A DNA stretch of 64,000 nucleotides from Patescibacteria group bacterium (lineage in GTDB: Bacteria > Patescibacteriota > Patescibacteriia > Patescibacteriales > UBA12465), in assembly GCA_050949525.1 (NCBI GenBank), contig JBMNFW010000001.1:335890-399889 (forward strand), written 5' to 3'. Within the stretch, counting starts at the first letter, position 1. Each line of letters opens with the position of its first letter. Position numbers and translations under genes: made by a program. The notes under the pieces were generated by a model. It searched no databases. It was given only the letters and a program-made list of their open reading frames with translations, and was not told where the DNA came from. Of the stretch, positions 24,820 through 37,471 are shown piece after piece.

Positions 24820-26592
24820 ATGAGTACCGATTCCAAGCTATGGGAGCTAATAAAGCAGGAGGATATTTTAGATGCTACAACTCGTTTGAGGGTAGCTGAT
24901 AAAATATCGGAAGATTCTAAATTAGATTTAGAAAAATTTTTGATTAAAGAAAAGATTCTTGGGCCGGAAAAGTTAACTGAGCTTAAAGCTAGTTTACATG
25001 AATTACCTTATAAAAATTTGGTAGAATTAGAGGTTCCTAAGGATGCTCTTTTTTTTATTCCCGAAGATATTGCTCGTAATTATAAAGCGATTTGTTTTGA
25101 ATTGGATGAGGTTCAAGCTCAGATTGCTTTAGTCAAACCTGATCTTAAAGCTATGGAAGCTCTTGATTTCTTAGCTCAACAAAAGGGAAGAAGTATTCAG
25201 TATCATTTAATATCTTTGATTAGTTTTAATGCTATTATTAAGCAGTATCGACAGATGGAGGAGGAGATTTCCTCAGCTATAGAAAAAAAATCACAAGAAG
25301 AAGCTTTAGATTTTTTAGATATTAGTCAGAGTGATGAGGAAGAAGTTTTAAATATTGAAGATCCTAATAGTGCTCCGGTAGCCAAAATTGTTTCAGTAAT
25401 TATTAAAAATGCTATTGATAGTCGAGCTAGTGATATTCATATTGAGCCTTATGAAAATGAGAGTCGGGTTCGTTATCGGATTGATGGTCTTTTAAAAAAC
25501 ACTCTTTTCTTGCCTAAAAATATTCATAATGCAGTAGTGGCTCGAATTAAGGTTTTAGCTAAGATGAAATTAGATGAAATGAGAATTCCTCAAGATGGAC
25601 GAATTGTTATTATTTTTGATGGACGAGAGATTGATTTTCGTATTTCTACTTTACCAACTGGTAGTGGTTTAGAAAAAGTTGTATTACGTATCTTAGATTC
25701 AGTTAAAGGTGTTATTAGTTTAAGGGATCTTGGTTTTAATAATTATAATTTAAGATTAATTAAGGAAGCCTTAAAAAAAACTAATGGTATTATTTTAGCT
25801 ACTGGTCCAACTGGTAGCGGAAAAACTACTACGCTTTATTCACTTTTAAAGATATTAAATAAAGAGGGAGTTAATATTTCAACTTTGGAGGATCCGATTG
25901 AATATCAAATGAAAGGTATTAATCAATCTCAAATCAGACCCAAAATCGGTTATACTTTTGCTACCGGTTTAAGATCTTTAGTGCGACAAGATCCTGATAT
26001 TATCATGGTGGGAGAAATTCGGGATGAGGAAACTACCGAACTTTCAGTTCACGCTAGTTTAACTGGTCATTTAGTTCTTTCTACTATTCATACTAATGAT
26101 GCTCTCGGCACCATCTTTCGTTTAAGTGATATGAGAGCCGAACCAGTTATTTTAGCTTCTATTTTACGTTTAATTATTTCACAACGATTAGCTCGTCGGC
26201 TTTGTCCTCATTGTAAAAAAGAGGCTAATGAAGATTATCGAATTGGTATTTTAAGACAAGCCCAAAAAGAGTTATCTGATCTAAGACCAGATCAGATTAC
26301 TTCAGAGATATCATCTTTAGAGCGAATTGAGGACTTTAATGATTTAAAAATTTATCAAGCGGCTGGTTGTTCTCGTTGTCAGGGAACGGGATATTTAAAT
26401 CGGGTGGCTATTGGTGAAGTAATTGAAATTAATGATAGTTTAAAGCATTATATTATTAATGATATAAATAATTTAAGTATTAAGGAATTAAAAAAGAGTC
26501 AAGATTTTATCTCCATTCGACAAGATGGATTCTTTAAGGTTTTAAATGGTTTAAGTACTCTAGAAGAAATTTTACGAGTTATTGAATCTTAA
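24820..26592 (+). CDS. pilB: Type IV pilus assembly ATPase PilB (GspE family)
   Basis: Walker A GPTGSGKTT, Walker B DPDIIMVGEIRD, His box LSTIHTND and the tetracysteine CPHC...CSRC. Confidence 0.9.
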   Translation: MSTDSKLWELIKQEDILDATTRLRVADKISEDSKLDLEKFLIKEKILGPEKLTELKASLHELPYKNLVELEVPKDALFFIPEDIARNYKAICFELDEVQAQIALVKPDLKAMEALDFLAQQKGRSIQYHLISLISFNAIIKQYRQMEEEISSAIEKKSQEEALDFLDISQSDEEEVLNIEDPNSAPVAKIVSVIIKNAIDSRASDIHIEPYENESRVRYRIDGLLKNTLFLPKNIHNAVVARIKVLAKMKLDEMRIPQDGRIVIIFDGREIDFRISTLPTGSGLEKVVLRILDSVKGVISLRDLGFNNYNLRLIKEALKKTNGIILATGPTGSGKTTTLYSLLKILNKEGVNISTLEDPIEYQMKGINQSQIRPKIGYTFATGLRSLVRQDPDIIMVGEIRDEETTELSVHASLTGHLVLSTIHTNDALGTIFRLSDMRAEPVILASILRLIISQRLARRLCPHCKKEANEDYRIGILRQAQKELSDLRPDQITSEISSLERIEDFNDLKIYQAAGCSRCQGTGYLNRVAIGEVIEINDSLKHYIINDINNLSIKELKKSQDFISIRQDGFFKVLNGLSTLEEILRVIES

Positions 26593-26603
26593 TATATATT
26601 AAT

Positions 26604-27809
26604 ATGCCAATTTTTAATTATAAAGCTCGGAATAAGATTGGAAGAATCAAACGAGGACGAGCTATTGCTAATAATGAATCTCTAGCTATTAAGGCTTTGA
26701 ATAAGAGAGGTTTAGAGGTTCTTTGGATTAAGGATGCTACTAAATCTATTGATCATAAATTTATTTTTCTTTTTAATCCTATTAAATCAGTTGATTTAGT
26801 TGTTTTTTCGCGTCAATTTTCGGTTATGATGGCAGCTGGAGTTCCAATTTCTGATGCCCTGATTACGATTGTTAATCAAACTGATAATTTAAAATTTAGA
26901 AATATTTTGTCTAAAGTAGCTTATGATGTGGATAATGGTGAGTTTTTATCAGTAGCTTTGAAAAAGCATCCTCGAACTTTTTCTAATTTTTTTACTAATG
27001 TTGTTAAAGCTGGAGAAAGCTCTGGTCGCTTAGATGAAGTTTTAAGTTATTTAGCTGATGAGATTGAAAAAGATTATGATTTGAGTAAGAGTTTTAAAAA
27101 TTCTTTGATTTATCCGCTTTTTGTTATTATTGGTTTAATTGTGGTGGGCTTTGTTTTTATGTTTTTTGTTTTACCGGAATTAACACGAATTTTAGCTGAA
27201 ACTGGCGGAACTTTACCTTTAGCTACTAGAATTGTTATAGCGACTATTAATTTTCTTAAAACCTATTTTATTGTTATTCTTTTCTTTATAGCTCTTTTTG
27301 TAATGTTTTCTCAAGTCTTTTTTAAGACTAGCGTAGGACGAAAAAGTCGTGATCTTTTTCTTTTAAAAATTCCAGTAGTGGGAAAAATATTGCAAAGAAT
27401 TTATGTAGTTCGATTTTCTCGCTCTTTAGCTTTACTTTTAAAGGGAGGTGTGCCAACTCATCAAGCTTTAGCTATTGTTTTAGATATTATTAAAAATGAG
27501 GTTTATAAAGACTTGATTAGGAGAACTATTGATAATGTTAATGAGGGAGGTTCTATAGTGGATGTTTTAGAAACTAGTGATATGGTTCCTAAGATGTTAC
27601 CTCAGATGATGGCCGTAGGAGAAAGTACCGCTCGATTAGATCATACCTTAGTGGAGACCGCTAATTTTTATGATAAAGAAGTGTTAACTAAGTTATCTAA
27701 TCTAGGTACCATTTTAGAGCCAATTATTATGATTATTATGGGAATTGGGGTTGGAATTATGGTGGCGGCTATTATTTTACCAATGTATAATTTAGCCGGA
27801 CAAATTTAA
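26604..27809 (+). CDS. pilC: Type IV pilus platform protein PilC (GspF family)
   Basis: Two GspF-type repeats with three TM segments, directly downstream of pilB. Confidence 0.85.
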   Translation: MPIFNYKARNKIGRIKRGRAIANNESLAIKALNKRGLEVLWIKDATKSIDHKFIFLFNPIKSVDLVVFSRQFSVMMAAGVPISDALITIVNQTDNLKFRNILSKVAYDVDNGEFLSVALKKHPRTFSNFFTNVVKAGESSGRLDEVLSYLADEIEKDYDLSKSFKNSLIYPLFVIIGLIVVGFVFMFFVLPELTRILAETGGTLPLATRIVIATINFLKTYFIVILFFIALFVMFSQVFFKTSVGRKSRDLFLLKIPVVGKILQRIYVVRFSRSLALLLKGGVPTHQALAIVLDIIKNEVYKDLIRRTIDNVNEGGSIVDVLETSDMVPKMLPQMMAVGESTARLDHTLVETANFYDKEVLTKLSNLGTILEPIIMIIMGIGVGIMVAAIILPMYNLAGQI

Positions 27810-27810
27810 A

Positions 27811-28797
27811 ATGAAAGTAGTTAATTTAGAAAAAAAAGATTTTTCTCGGTTTTTGGATCAATATATTCAAGCTAATCAACCTTTTGATTTTGCAGCTGGT
27901 CCTAGTTTTTTACAATCATTAAGATGGCAGGAAATTCAGAGTAAGAATAATTTTAAAACATTTTTCCATGGTTTAGAGTTTCAGGGGGAGTTAGTGGCTA
28001 TTTTTCTAGCCATTGCTCATCCATTATTTAGAAATTATAGTTATTATTATTTACCTCGGGGGCCAATTTTTTTAAAAAAAGATTTAGATGTTAATAAATT
28101 ATCGCGGGCTTTAATTAATTATGGAAAAGAGAATCAGATTGTTTTTTTTCGTGTAGAGCCTAGTATTGATTTAGGGTCCAGCTTTCTTAAAGTTTTTGAT
28201 ATTCAGCCGGCTCAAACTTCTTTTTTAGATCTTAGTTTATCTGAAGATGATTTATTAAAGCAAATGGCCTCCAAAACTCGTTATAATATTAGATTAGCTG
28301 ATAAACGAGGTGTGAAGGTTTCAGAATTAGGACCTGAATCTTTAGATCAGTTTTGGTCTTTAATATCTTTAACTTCGGAACGAGATAGTTTTGCTATTCA
28401 TAGCCGAGAGTATTATAAAAATTTAATGGAGGCTTCGGAGATGATTAAAGTTTTTGCGGCTCATTATCAAAATCGAATTTTAGCTATGGGAATTTTCTCT
28501 TTTTATCATGACACCGTTTCTTATTTACATGGCGCTTCTAGTAATAATTTTAGAAATTTAATGGCCCCCCATTTATTACAATGGGAATTGATTAAGAAAG
28601 CACGTCGAGAATCTTACCGTTATTATGATTTTTATGGTATTTCTGATAAAAAATGGCCGGGGGTAACTCGTTTTAAACGAGGTTTTGGTGGTTATGAGCA
28701 TAACTTTCCGGGCACTTTTGATTTAAGGGTTTATCCGCATTATTATCGTTTGTATACTATATTTAGATTTTTGAATAAAATAAGGCGAAGAAAATGA
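27811..28797 (+). CDS. FemAB-family peptidoglycan interpeptide-bridge aminoacyltransferase
   Basis: FemAB-like length and motifs: YYLPRGP, TRYNIRLA, YLHGASS and RFKRGFGG. Confidence 0.7.
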   Translation: MKVVNLEKKDFSRFLDQYIQANQPFDFAAGPSFLQSLRWQEIQSKNNFKTFFHGLEFQGELVAIFLAIAHPLFRNYSYYYLPRGPIFLKKDLDVNKLSRALINYGKENQIVFFRVEPSIDLGSSFLKVFDIQPAQTSFLDLSLSEDDLLKQMASKTRYNIRLADKRGVKVSELGPESLDQFWSLISLTSERDSFAIHSREYYKNLMEASEMIKVFAAHYQNRILAMGIFSFYHDTVSYLHGASSNNFRNLMAPHLLQWELIKKARRESYRYYDFYGISDKKWPGVTRFKRGFGGYEHNFPGTFDLRVYPHYYRLYTIFRFLNKIRRRK

Positions 28798-29183
28798 TTG
28801 AGATAAATAATTTAACTTCTACTAAAATTAATCATAATCGTATTAAACGAATAGCTCAAGCTTTTTTTAATATTTATCCCAGTGATAATTTACCGGTTTC
28901 TTTAGCTTTAATTGGTGACACTAGAATGAGGCAGATTAATTTTTCTTATCGTGGTCAGGACAAGAGTACTGATGTTTTGTCATTTCCTGATTTAATGGAG
29001 ATTGTAATTAGTTTACCAATGATAAAGAAGCAAGCTCAGAGGGAAAAGAGAAGTTTTTTAGATGAATTGGACTTTATTTTAGTTCATGGATTATTACATC
29101 TAGTTGGTTTTAATGATGATACTGAAAAGAAGAGGTTGGCTATGATAGAGAGGGGAAATAATTTTTTAAAAAATTTAAAATAA
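28794..29183 (+). CDS. ybeY: rRNA maturation endoribonuclease YbeY
   Basis: Metal-binding motif VHGLLHLVGFNDD (H-x3-H-x5-H region) and a small protein size. Confidence 0.85.
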   Translation: MIEINNLTSTKINHNRIKRIAQAFFNIYPSDNLPVSLALIGDTRMRQINFSYRGQDKSTDVLSFPDLMEIVISLPMIKKQAQREKRSFLDELDFILVHGLLHLVGFNDDTEKKRLAMIERGNNFLKNLK

Positions 29184-29186
29184 ATT

Positions 29187-29804
29187 ATGTTTAGAAAAGG
29201 ATTTACCTTAGTTGAGGTTATAGTTAGCTTGTCTATTATTGCTATTCTTTTATCATTATTGGTAATTAATTTTAATCTCGGTTCTTCTTATACTAATTTA
29301 AATAATTCTCAAGCCTCTATTTATCATAATATTCGTTTAGCTCAAAGTTATGCTTTATCTCATCGATCGTATTATGATCATTTACCGGTTTATTGGGGGC
29401 TTAATTTTAAGAAGGGAGATGCTTTTTTTCAACTTTTTGCTGATTTAGATGGGGATTACAGATTAGGGCTTAATGAAGCGGATCAAAATGGGGGAGGAAA
29501 GAAAATTAGCTTAGCTTCTAATATTTTTATTAACTATTTAAGTTGGGATTTTAATGAAATTAATATTTTATTTGAATTAGGTACCGGAAAAATGATATTA
29601 TATATTGTAGATTTGGATGAAACTTTAGAAACTAAACCTTATCAAATCGAATTAAGAGATGAGCGTTATAATAGGATTGGTCGATCAATTATTGTTCAGG
29701 TTCAGCGATTTATAAAATTAGGTAATTGTGATTGTGATAATGCTGAGGATTATTGTTGTAAATTTTGTATGTCTTCTAGTCCTTGTATTAATATTGAAAA
29801 TTAA
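29187..29804 (+). CDS. Type IV pilin-like protein with a Cys-rich C-terminus
   Basis: Prepilin leader MFRKG followed by FTLVEVIVSLSI. The C-terminus is CDCDNAEDYCCKFCMSSSPC. Confidence 0.75.
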   Translation: MFRKGFTLVEVIVSLSIIAILLSLLVINFNLGSSYTNLNNSQASIYHNIRLAQSYALSHRSYYDHLPVYWGLNFKKGDAFFQLFADLDGDYRLGLNEADQNGGGKKISLASNIFINYLSWDFNEINILFELGTGKMILYIVDLDETLETKPYQIELRDERYNRIGRSIIVQVQRFIKLGNCDCDNAEDYCCKFCMSSSPCINIEN

Positions 29805-29807
29805 TCG

Positions 29808-30311
29808 ATGAAAAAAGCTTTTACTTTAATAGAAGTAGTTATTATTCTTTTTGTTATGGCTATGGGAGTTATAACAGCTTTATCATTGACTTTAAGATCA
29901 GCCTATTTTCAAAAAAATCAAGTTGATCTTTTAACCGCTAGTTTTTTAGCTCAGGAGGGGGTAGAAATATTAGTTAATATTAGGGATACTAATGCTATTA
30001 ATAATCGAGACTATAATGATTGGACGGGTAATGGAGCGGCTACCGCACCTTATTCTTCTAGATATCGTTTAGATATATATCATTTAATAGCTGAAGAAGT
30101 TACTCATGATGATCAAACTATTTTAAAAGAAGATTATATGGGATTTTTCTTTCATGATAATTATTATTCTAGTTCTAAATTTAAAAGAATAGTAAAAATA
30201 ATTGATACTGTTGATGATTTTTCTTATGCTCAAGTTATAGTCCAATGGGAACAACAAGGGGAAGTTTATGAGTATATTTTAGAAACCATTCTTTATGACT
30301 TATCGTTTTAA
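29808..30311 (+). CDS. Type IV pilin-like (minor pilin) protein
   Basis: Leader MKKA followed by FTLIEVVIILFV. The N-methylation-site-like motif has Ala at -1. Confidence 0.7.
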   Translation: MKKAFTLIEVVIILFVMAMGVITALSLTLRSAYFQKNQVDLLTASFLAQEGVEILVNIRDTNAINNRDYNDWTGNGAATAPYSSRYRLDIYHLIAEEVTHDDQTILKEDYMGFFFHDNYYSSSKFKRIVKIIDTVDDFSYAQVIVQWEQQGEVYEYILETILYDLSF

Positions 30312-30822
30312 ATCCAAAAAAGCTTTTACGTTGATTGAAATTTTAGTTTCAGTTTCTATTTTAGCCGTTTTAATTTTAGCTTTAAATCGTATTTATTTTA
30401 GTATTAATACTAGGAATAAGTTAACTCGAGAACAAAGCTTAGTTCAAGCTGATATTGAATATTTTTTACGTTTAGCGACTAATAATATTAAGGTAGCGGA
30501 AAAAAGTAATGGCGGTGATTGTGGTATAGCGGCTAATAAATTTTTTAAACTTTCTAGTAATGGTGATCGTTTGGTTTTTATAAAAGACGGTAATTGTCAA
30601 AGTTTTTTTCGAGAAGAAGATTTTGATGGTCGAGGAGAGCTGTATTATAATCAAGAGGCTTTAAGTTCGAAGGGAATTAATATTACCGATTTAAAATTTT
30701 TAGTAGAGGATGATATTGCTACTGGACAACCCATAGTGACTGTTTTAGTTAAAGCGGTTCCAGTGCTAAATTTAGATAATCAAATTAAAGCTCAAACTAG
30801 TATTTCTTTGAGTTATTATTAA
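30295..30822 (+). CDS. Type IV pilin-like (minor pilin) protein
   Basis: Leader ...KSKKA followed by FTLIEILVSVSI. Confidence 0.7.
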   Translation: MTYRFKSKKAFTLIEILVSVSILAVLILALNRIYFSINTRNKLTREQSLVQADIEYFLRLATNNIKVAEKSNGGDCGIAANKFFKLSSNGDRLVFIKDGNCQSFFREEDFDGRGELYYNQEALSSKGINITDLKFLVEDDIATGQPIVTVLVKAVPVLNLDNQIKAQTSISLSYY

Positions 30823-30825
30823 AAT

Positions 30826-33847
<3,022 letters not shown>

Positions 33848-33852
33848 AGAAT

Positions 33853-34134
33853 ATGCCTTTGAATTTAGAGGGTTTAAAAAAAATAGCTCAAGCGTTGAAT
33901 TTAGATCTCAGTGATTTAGAAGCTAGTAATTATCAAACTCAGCTAAGTGCTTTAATTTTAGAAATTGAGGCTTTAGAAAATATTGGTTTTTCTAATCCGA
34001 TTCTGGAATCTGATATTTCTAATCAATTTCGAGAAGATGAGGTTCAAGCTTGGCCGAGTGACGAAGTTGAATTAGCTTTGAGTCAAAGTCCGGAACAAGA
34101 AGATGGGCAGATTAAAGTTAATCGAGTTATGTAA
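33853..34134 (+). CDS. gatC: Asp/Glu-tRNA amidotransferase subunit C
   Basis: About 93 aa, with REDE and the C-terminal QIKVNRV pattern, directly upstream of gatA. Confidence 0.75.
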   Translation: MPLNLEGLKKIAQALNLDLSDLEASNYQTQLSALILEIEALENIGFSNPILESDISNQFREDEVQAWPSDEVELALSQSPEQEDGQIKVNRVM

Positions 34135-34135
34135 T

Positions 34136-35575
34136 ATGGATTTAAATAGAATGACAATCTTTCAAGTTCAGGATCTTTTATCTAAAAAGAAAATTAGTTC
34201 AGTAGAATTAACTAATTTTTTTCTGGAGAGAATTAAAGATCTAGACCCTAAACTTAAAATTTGTTTAGAGGTTTTTGAAACGAGGGCTCGAGCTCAAGCT
34301 GTTGAAGCGGATAAACGTCGTTCTCAAGGAGAGAGCGGTGATCTTTTAGGTATACCATATTTAGTTAAGGATAATATTTTAGTTAAAGGACAGAAAGCTA
34401 CCGGAGCTTCTAAGATGTTAGAGAATTATATTGCTCCATATAATGCTGGGGTTATTGAAAGTTTAGATCAAGCTGGAGCCGTTCTATTAGGAAAAACTAA
34501 TTTAGATGAATTAGGTCAAGGTTCATCTACAGAAAATTCAGTGTTTTTTCCGAGTAAAAATCCATGGGATTTAGATCGAGTTCCGGGGGATGCTTCAGCG
34601 GCAGCTGTTTCAGCTGGTTTAGCTCTCTTTGCTTTAGGGAGTGATGCCGGAGGTTCTGTTCGTCAACCGGCTAGTTTTACTAATCTTAGTGGATTGAAAC
34701 CTAGTTATGGTTTGATTTCTCGTTGGGGTTTAATGTCTTTAAGTTCTTCTACTGATACTATTGGAATTATAACTAAAACAGCTCAAGAAAGTGCTTTAAT
34801 TTTAAAACATTTAGCTGGTACCGATACTAGGGATTTAAATACAGCTAAAGCTAAAAAAATTGATTATCTTAAAAATTTAAAAACCGATATTAATGGAATG
34901 AAAATTGGTGTAATTAAGGAGTTTATGGATCAAGCCATGGATTTAAATATTAGAAATGGTTTTTTAGAAGCTTTGGAGGTTTTTAAAGGTTTAGGGGCTA
35001 AGATAGTTGAGATATCTTTAGATTCTTTTAAAGTTGTTGATTTATTATATCAAATTATTAGTTCAGCTGAGATTAGTTCTAATTTAGCTCGTTTCGATGG
35101 AATTCGTTATGGTTATTCTTTAAAACATAGCCCCAAAGGTCCTAGTGTTGATAATATTAATGAATTATATTTGAAAAATCGAGGTGAATCTTTAGGAGCG
35201 GAGGTTAAGCGTCGTATTCTTTTAGGGGCTTATGTTTTAAGTTTTGGTTATCCTCAAACCTATTATCAACGAGCTTTAGAGTGGAAAAAAAGAATGACTA
35301 ATGAATTTAAACAGGCTTGGAGTCGAGTTGATCTCATAATGAGTCCTAGTTCTGGAGTGTTAGCACCAAAATTTAAAACTCCATTTTCTAGTTCATTTTT
35401 AACTCCTATTTCTTTAGCTGGCTTACCAGCCATATCTATCCCAGCTGGTTTTGCTGATAATTTACCTTATGGATTACAAATTATTGCTCCTAGTTTTGAG
35501 GAGAGTCGAGTTCTATCTCTAGCTACCGTTTATCAGGCAAAAACCAAATGGACTGAAAATTTTCCTAATATTTAA
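34136..35575 (+). CDS. gatA: Glu/Asp-tRNA amidotransferase subunit A (amidase signature family)
   Basis: The probable start is ATG 34136, just after the gatC stop. Motifs are IPYLVKDNI, GKTNLDE and GSDAGGSVRQPA. The GGSSGGS motif is shortened; see the finding. Confidence 0.85.
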   Translation: MDLNRMTIFQVQDLLSKKKISSVELTNFFLERIKDLDPKLKICLEVFETRARAQAVEADKRRSQGESGDLLGIPYLVKDNILVKGQKATGASKMLENYIAPYNAGVIESLDQAGAVLLGKTNLDELGQGSSTENSVFFPSKNPWDLDRVPGDASAAAVSAGLALFALGSDAGGSVRQPASFTNLSGLKPSYGLISRWGLMSLSSSTDTIGIITKTAQESALILKHLAGTDTRDLNTAKAKKIDYLKNLKTDINGMKIGVIKEFMDQAMDLNIRNGFLEALEVFKGLGAKIVEISLDSFKVVDLLYQIISSAEISSNLARFDGIRYGYSLKHSPKGPSVDNINELYLKNRGESLGAEVKRRILLGAYVLSFGYPQTYYQRALEWKKRMTNEFKQAWSRVDLIMSPSSGVLAPKFKTPFSSSFLTPISLAGLPAISIPAGFADNLPYGLQIIAPSFEESRVLSLATVYQAKTKWTENFPNI

Positions 35576-35584
35576 TTTAAATAT

Positions 35585-36232
35585 ATGAATAGAATTATTA
35601 AAATTATTAGTATTCTAATCGCCCTAGCTATTATTATTGCTGTGGCTTTAAGTATTAAAAACCAATCTCATTTAGAAAACTCTAAAGAAGAAATAACCGG
35701 GCTTAAAGAGCAGGTTTTAGGAAAAGGAGATTTAGAAATTATCGTTTATGAAGATTTATCAGATTTTTATTCTTTTCAGTATAATGAAACCTTAAAGTTA
35801 ATAAGAGAAAAATATTCTGATCAGCTTAGAATTGTTTTTAAGCCTTATGCTAATAAAATGTTCAAGATGTCTTATCCAGTTCACTCTTTTGTAGCTTGTG
35901 CTAGTGAACAAGGTAAGTTTTTTTCAGCTCGAGATTTAATTTTTTCTAAATTAGAAACAGATTCTTTAGATTTAAATGATTTTTTAGCTTATGGGCAAGA
36001 ACTAGAATTGGATAATGATAGTTTGAATCTATGTTTAAAAGAAGAAAGATATTTAAATGAGATTGAGAAACTTTTTAAGGAAGCTTTAGATTCTGGTATT
36101 TATGGTTCTCCGAGTACTATAGTTGGAGATGAGATAGTTTTAGGAGCTCGAAGTTTTGAAGATAGTGTTAATAGTAATGGTGAGAATTTACCAGGTTTAA
36201 AGAGTATTATTGAAAGACACTTGAGTAATTAG
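35585..36232 (+). CDS. DsbA-like thioredoxin-fold protein lacking CXXC
   Basis: N-terminal TM anchor and a DsbA-type layout. The position of the CPxC motif reads SDFYSFQY. Confidence 0.55.
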   Translation: MNRIIKIISILIALAIIIAVALSIKNQSHLENSKEEITGLKEQVLGKGDLEIIVYEDLSDFYSFQYNETLKLIREKYSDQLRIVFKPYANKMFKMSYPVHSFVACASEQGKFFSARDLIFSKLETDSLDLNDFLAYGQELELDNDSLNLCLKEERYLNEIEKLFKEALDSGIYGSPSTIVGDEIVLGARSFEDSVNSNGENLPGLKSIIERHLSN

Positions 36233-36316
36233 GAAGGTTCGCATAGTGGTCTAGTGCGCTCGCTTGGAAAGCGAGTATACCGCAAGGTATCAAGGGTTCG
36301 AATCCCTTACCTTCCG
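36232..36316 (+). tRNA. tRNA-Ser (anticodon GGA), CCA not encoded
   Basis: Acceptor GGAAGGT / ACCTTCC, anticodon loop TTGGAAA, a long variable arm and T-loop GGTTCGAATCC. Its first base is the last base of the upstream stop codon. Confidence 0.9.
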
Positions 36317-36398
36317 CGTTATCAAAATCTTGTTATTATAATTATTAAATTTTAAACTTATTGACATAATAAGTATTTTTTATTATCCTTCTTTGTTG

Positions 36399-36410
36399 TA
36401 GTTCTTTAAT
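36399..36410 (+). promoter_or_regulatory. Leader box variant TAGTTCTTTAAT
   Basis: It is preceded by TTGACATAAT at 36361. The spacing to ATG 36433 is longer (AGTTC to ATG is 33 nt). Confidence 0.4.
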
Positions 36411-36432
36411 ATATTAATAAAAAAATAAAAAA

Positions 36433-37407
36433 ATGGAAGAAAAAAAGATTTTTAAAAGCTTTTTACTCAGCTTAGTGGCTGAGGAAAAAGATTTAAATTC
36501 ACTTAATTTTGAGGAATTAAGTGAAATTTTGAAAAAGACCTCTCCTGGCTCTGATTACAGGAAAAGGGTGGACAAAAAACTTTTTCCAATTATTTCTAAA
36601 ATATTGGAAAAGGATTTTTATTGTATAGAGGAATTTTTTATAGAACTAGTAATAGTGCTAGATTCTATAAGTCCAGATTCTAAAAATGAGTTTTTGGTTT
36701 TAAGAAGATTGAGAGAAGTTTTGAAAGATGTGGAAGAGGAGGGTGTTTTAATAAAATACTATTCTAATCTTTTAAATTTTCCAAAAGGAGCCAGAATACT
36801 TTTACTTAAGATTAGGGATATATGGTCTAAGAAAGATCCTTACGATCTTATTGAAATAAAATCTGGAATTAGGGAGAGAACCTTAAATAAGCTTTTAGAA
36901 GAGCTTATTTTAGAAAAGCTTCCAAGTCGACTTAAAATGGAAAGCTCTTCTAATGAGCTTTTAAGGATATTATCCTTATTACCATTTAGCTCCAGAATTA
37001 AGAGCATGGTGGAAGAAAGGTTAGAATTTATTTTCGAAAATAAAGAAAATAGATTCTTTTTTTCCATATTTTCCTTTGATCAACTATATCTCTATTGGAA
37101 AAACTTTTCTAATAGAAGTAAAGGAAGAAGCATTCTCCTACAGGCCATTAAGGAGAATATTTATAATGATAATCTGGAAAAATTATATAAAAAATTGATC
37201 CAGGTTGAGATTTATGACAGTGATGTCAGAAATCTCATTTTAAATAAACTAATGGTAAAAATACGTCATATGACTTTTGAGGATAAAAATGATTACAAAT
37301 TTTTTGTAAATATCGTATATAACGATATTACAGAAAAAGACATTCCTCAAGATCTTCTACCAATCGTGATCGAAAAGGTAAAAACAATATTAAAAGAAGG
37401 AGCTTAG
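36433..37407 (+). CDS. Hypothetical helical protein
   Basis: A long ORF with promoter, leader box and terminator (37397-37418). I recognise no family. Confidence 0.55.
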   Translation: MEEKKIFKSFLLSLVAEEKDLNSLNFEELSEILKKTSPGSDYRKRVDKKLFPIISKILEKDFYCIEEFFIELVIVLDSISPDSKNEFLVLRRLREVLKDVEEEGVLIKYYSNLLNFPKGARILLLKIRDIWSKKDPYDLIEIKSGIRERTLNKLLEELILEKLPSRLKMESSSNELLRILSLLPFSSRIKSMVEERLEFIFENKENRFFFSIFSFDQLYLYWKNFSNRSKGRSILLQAIKENIYNDNLEKLYKKLIQVEIYDSDVRNLILNKLMVKIRHMTFEDKNDYKFFVNIVYNDITEKDIPQDLLPIVIEKVKTILKEGA

Positions 37408-37471
37408 GCTCCTTTTTCTATTTGCTCAAAATAAAAAAATTAGTTATAATCAAGATATTAAATTAATATTT

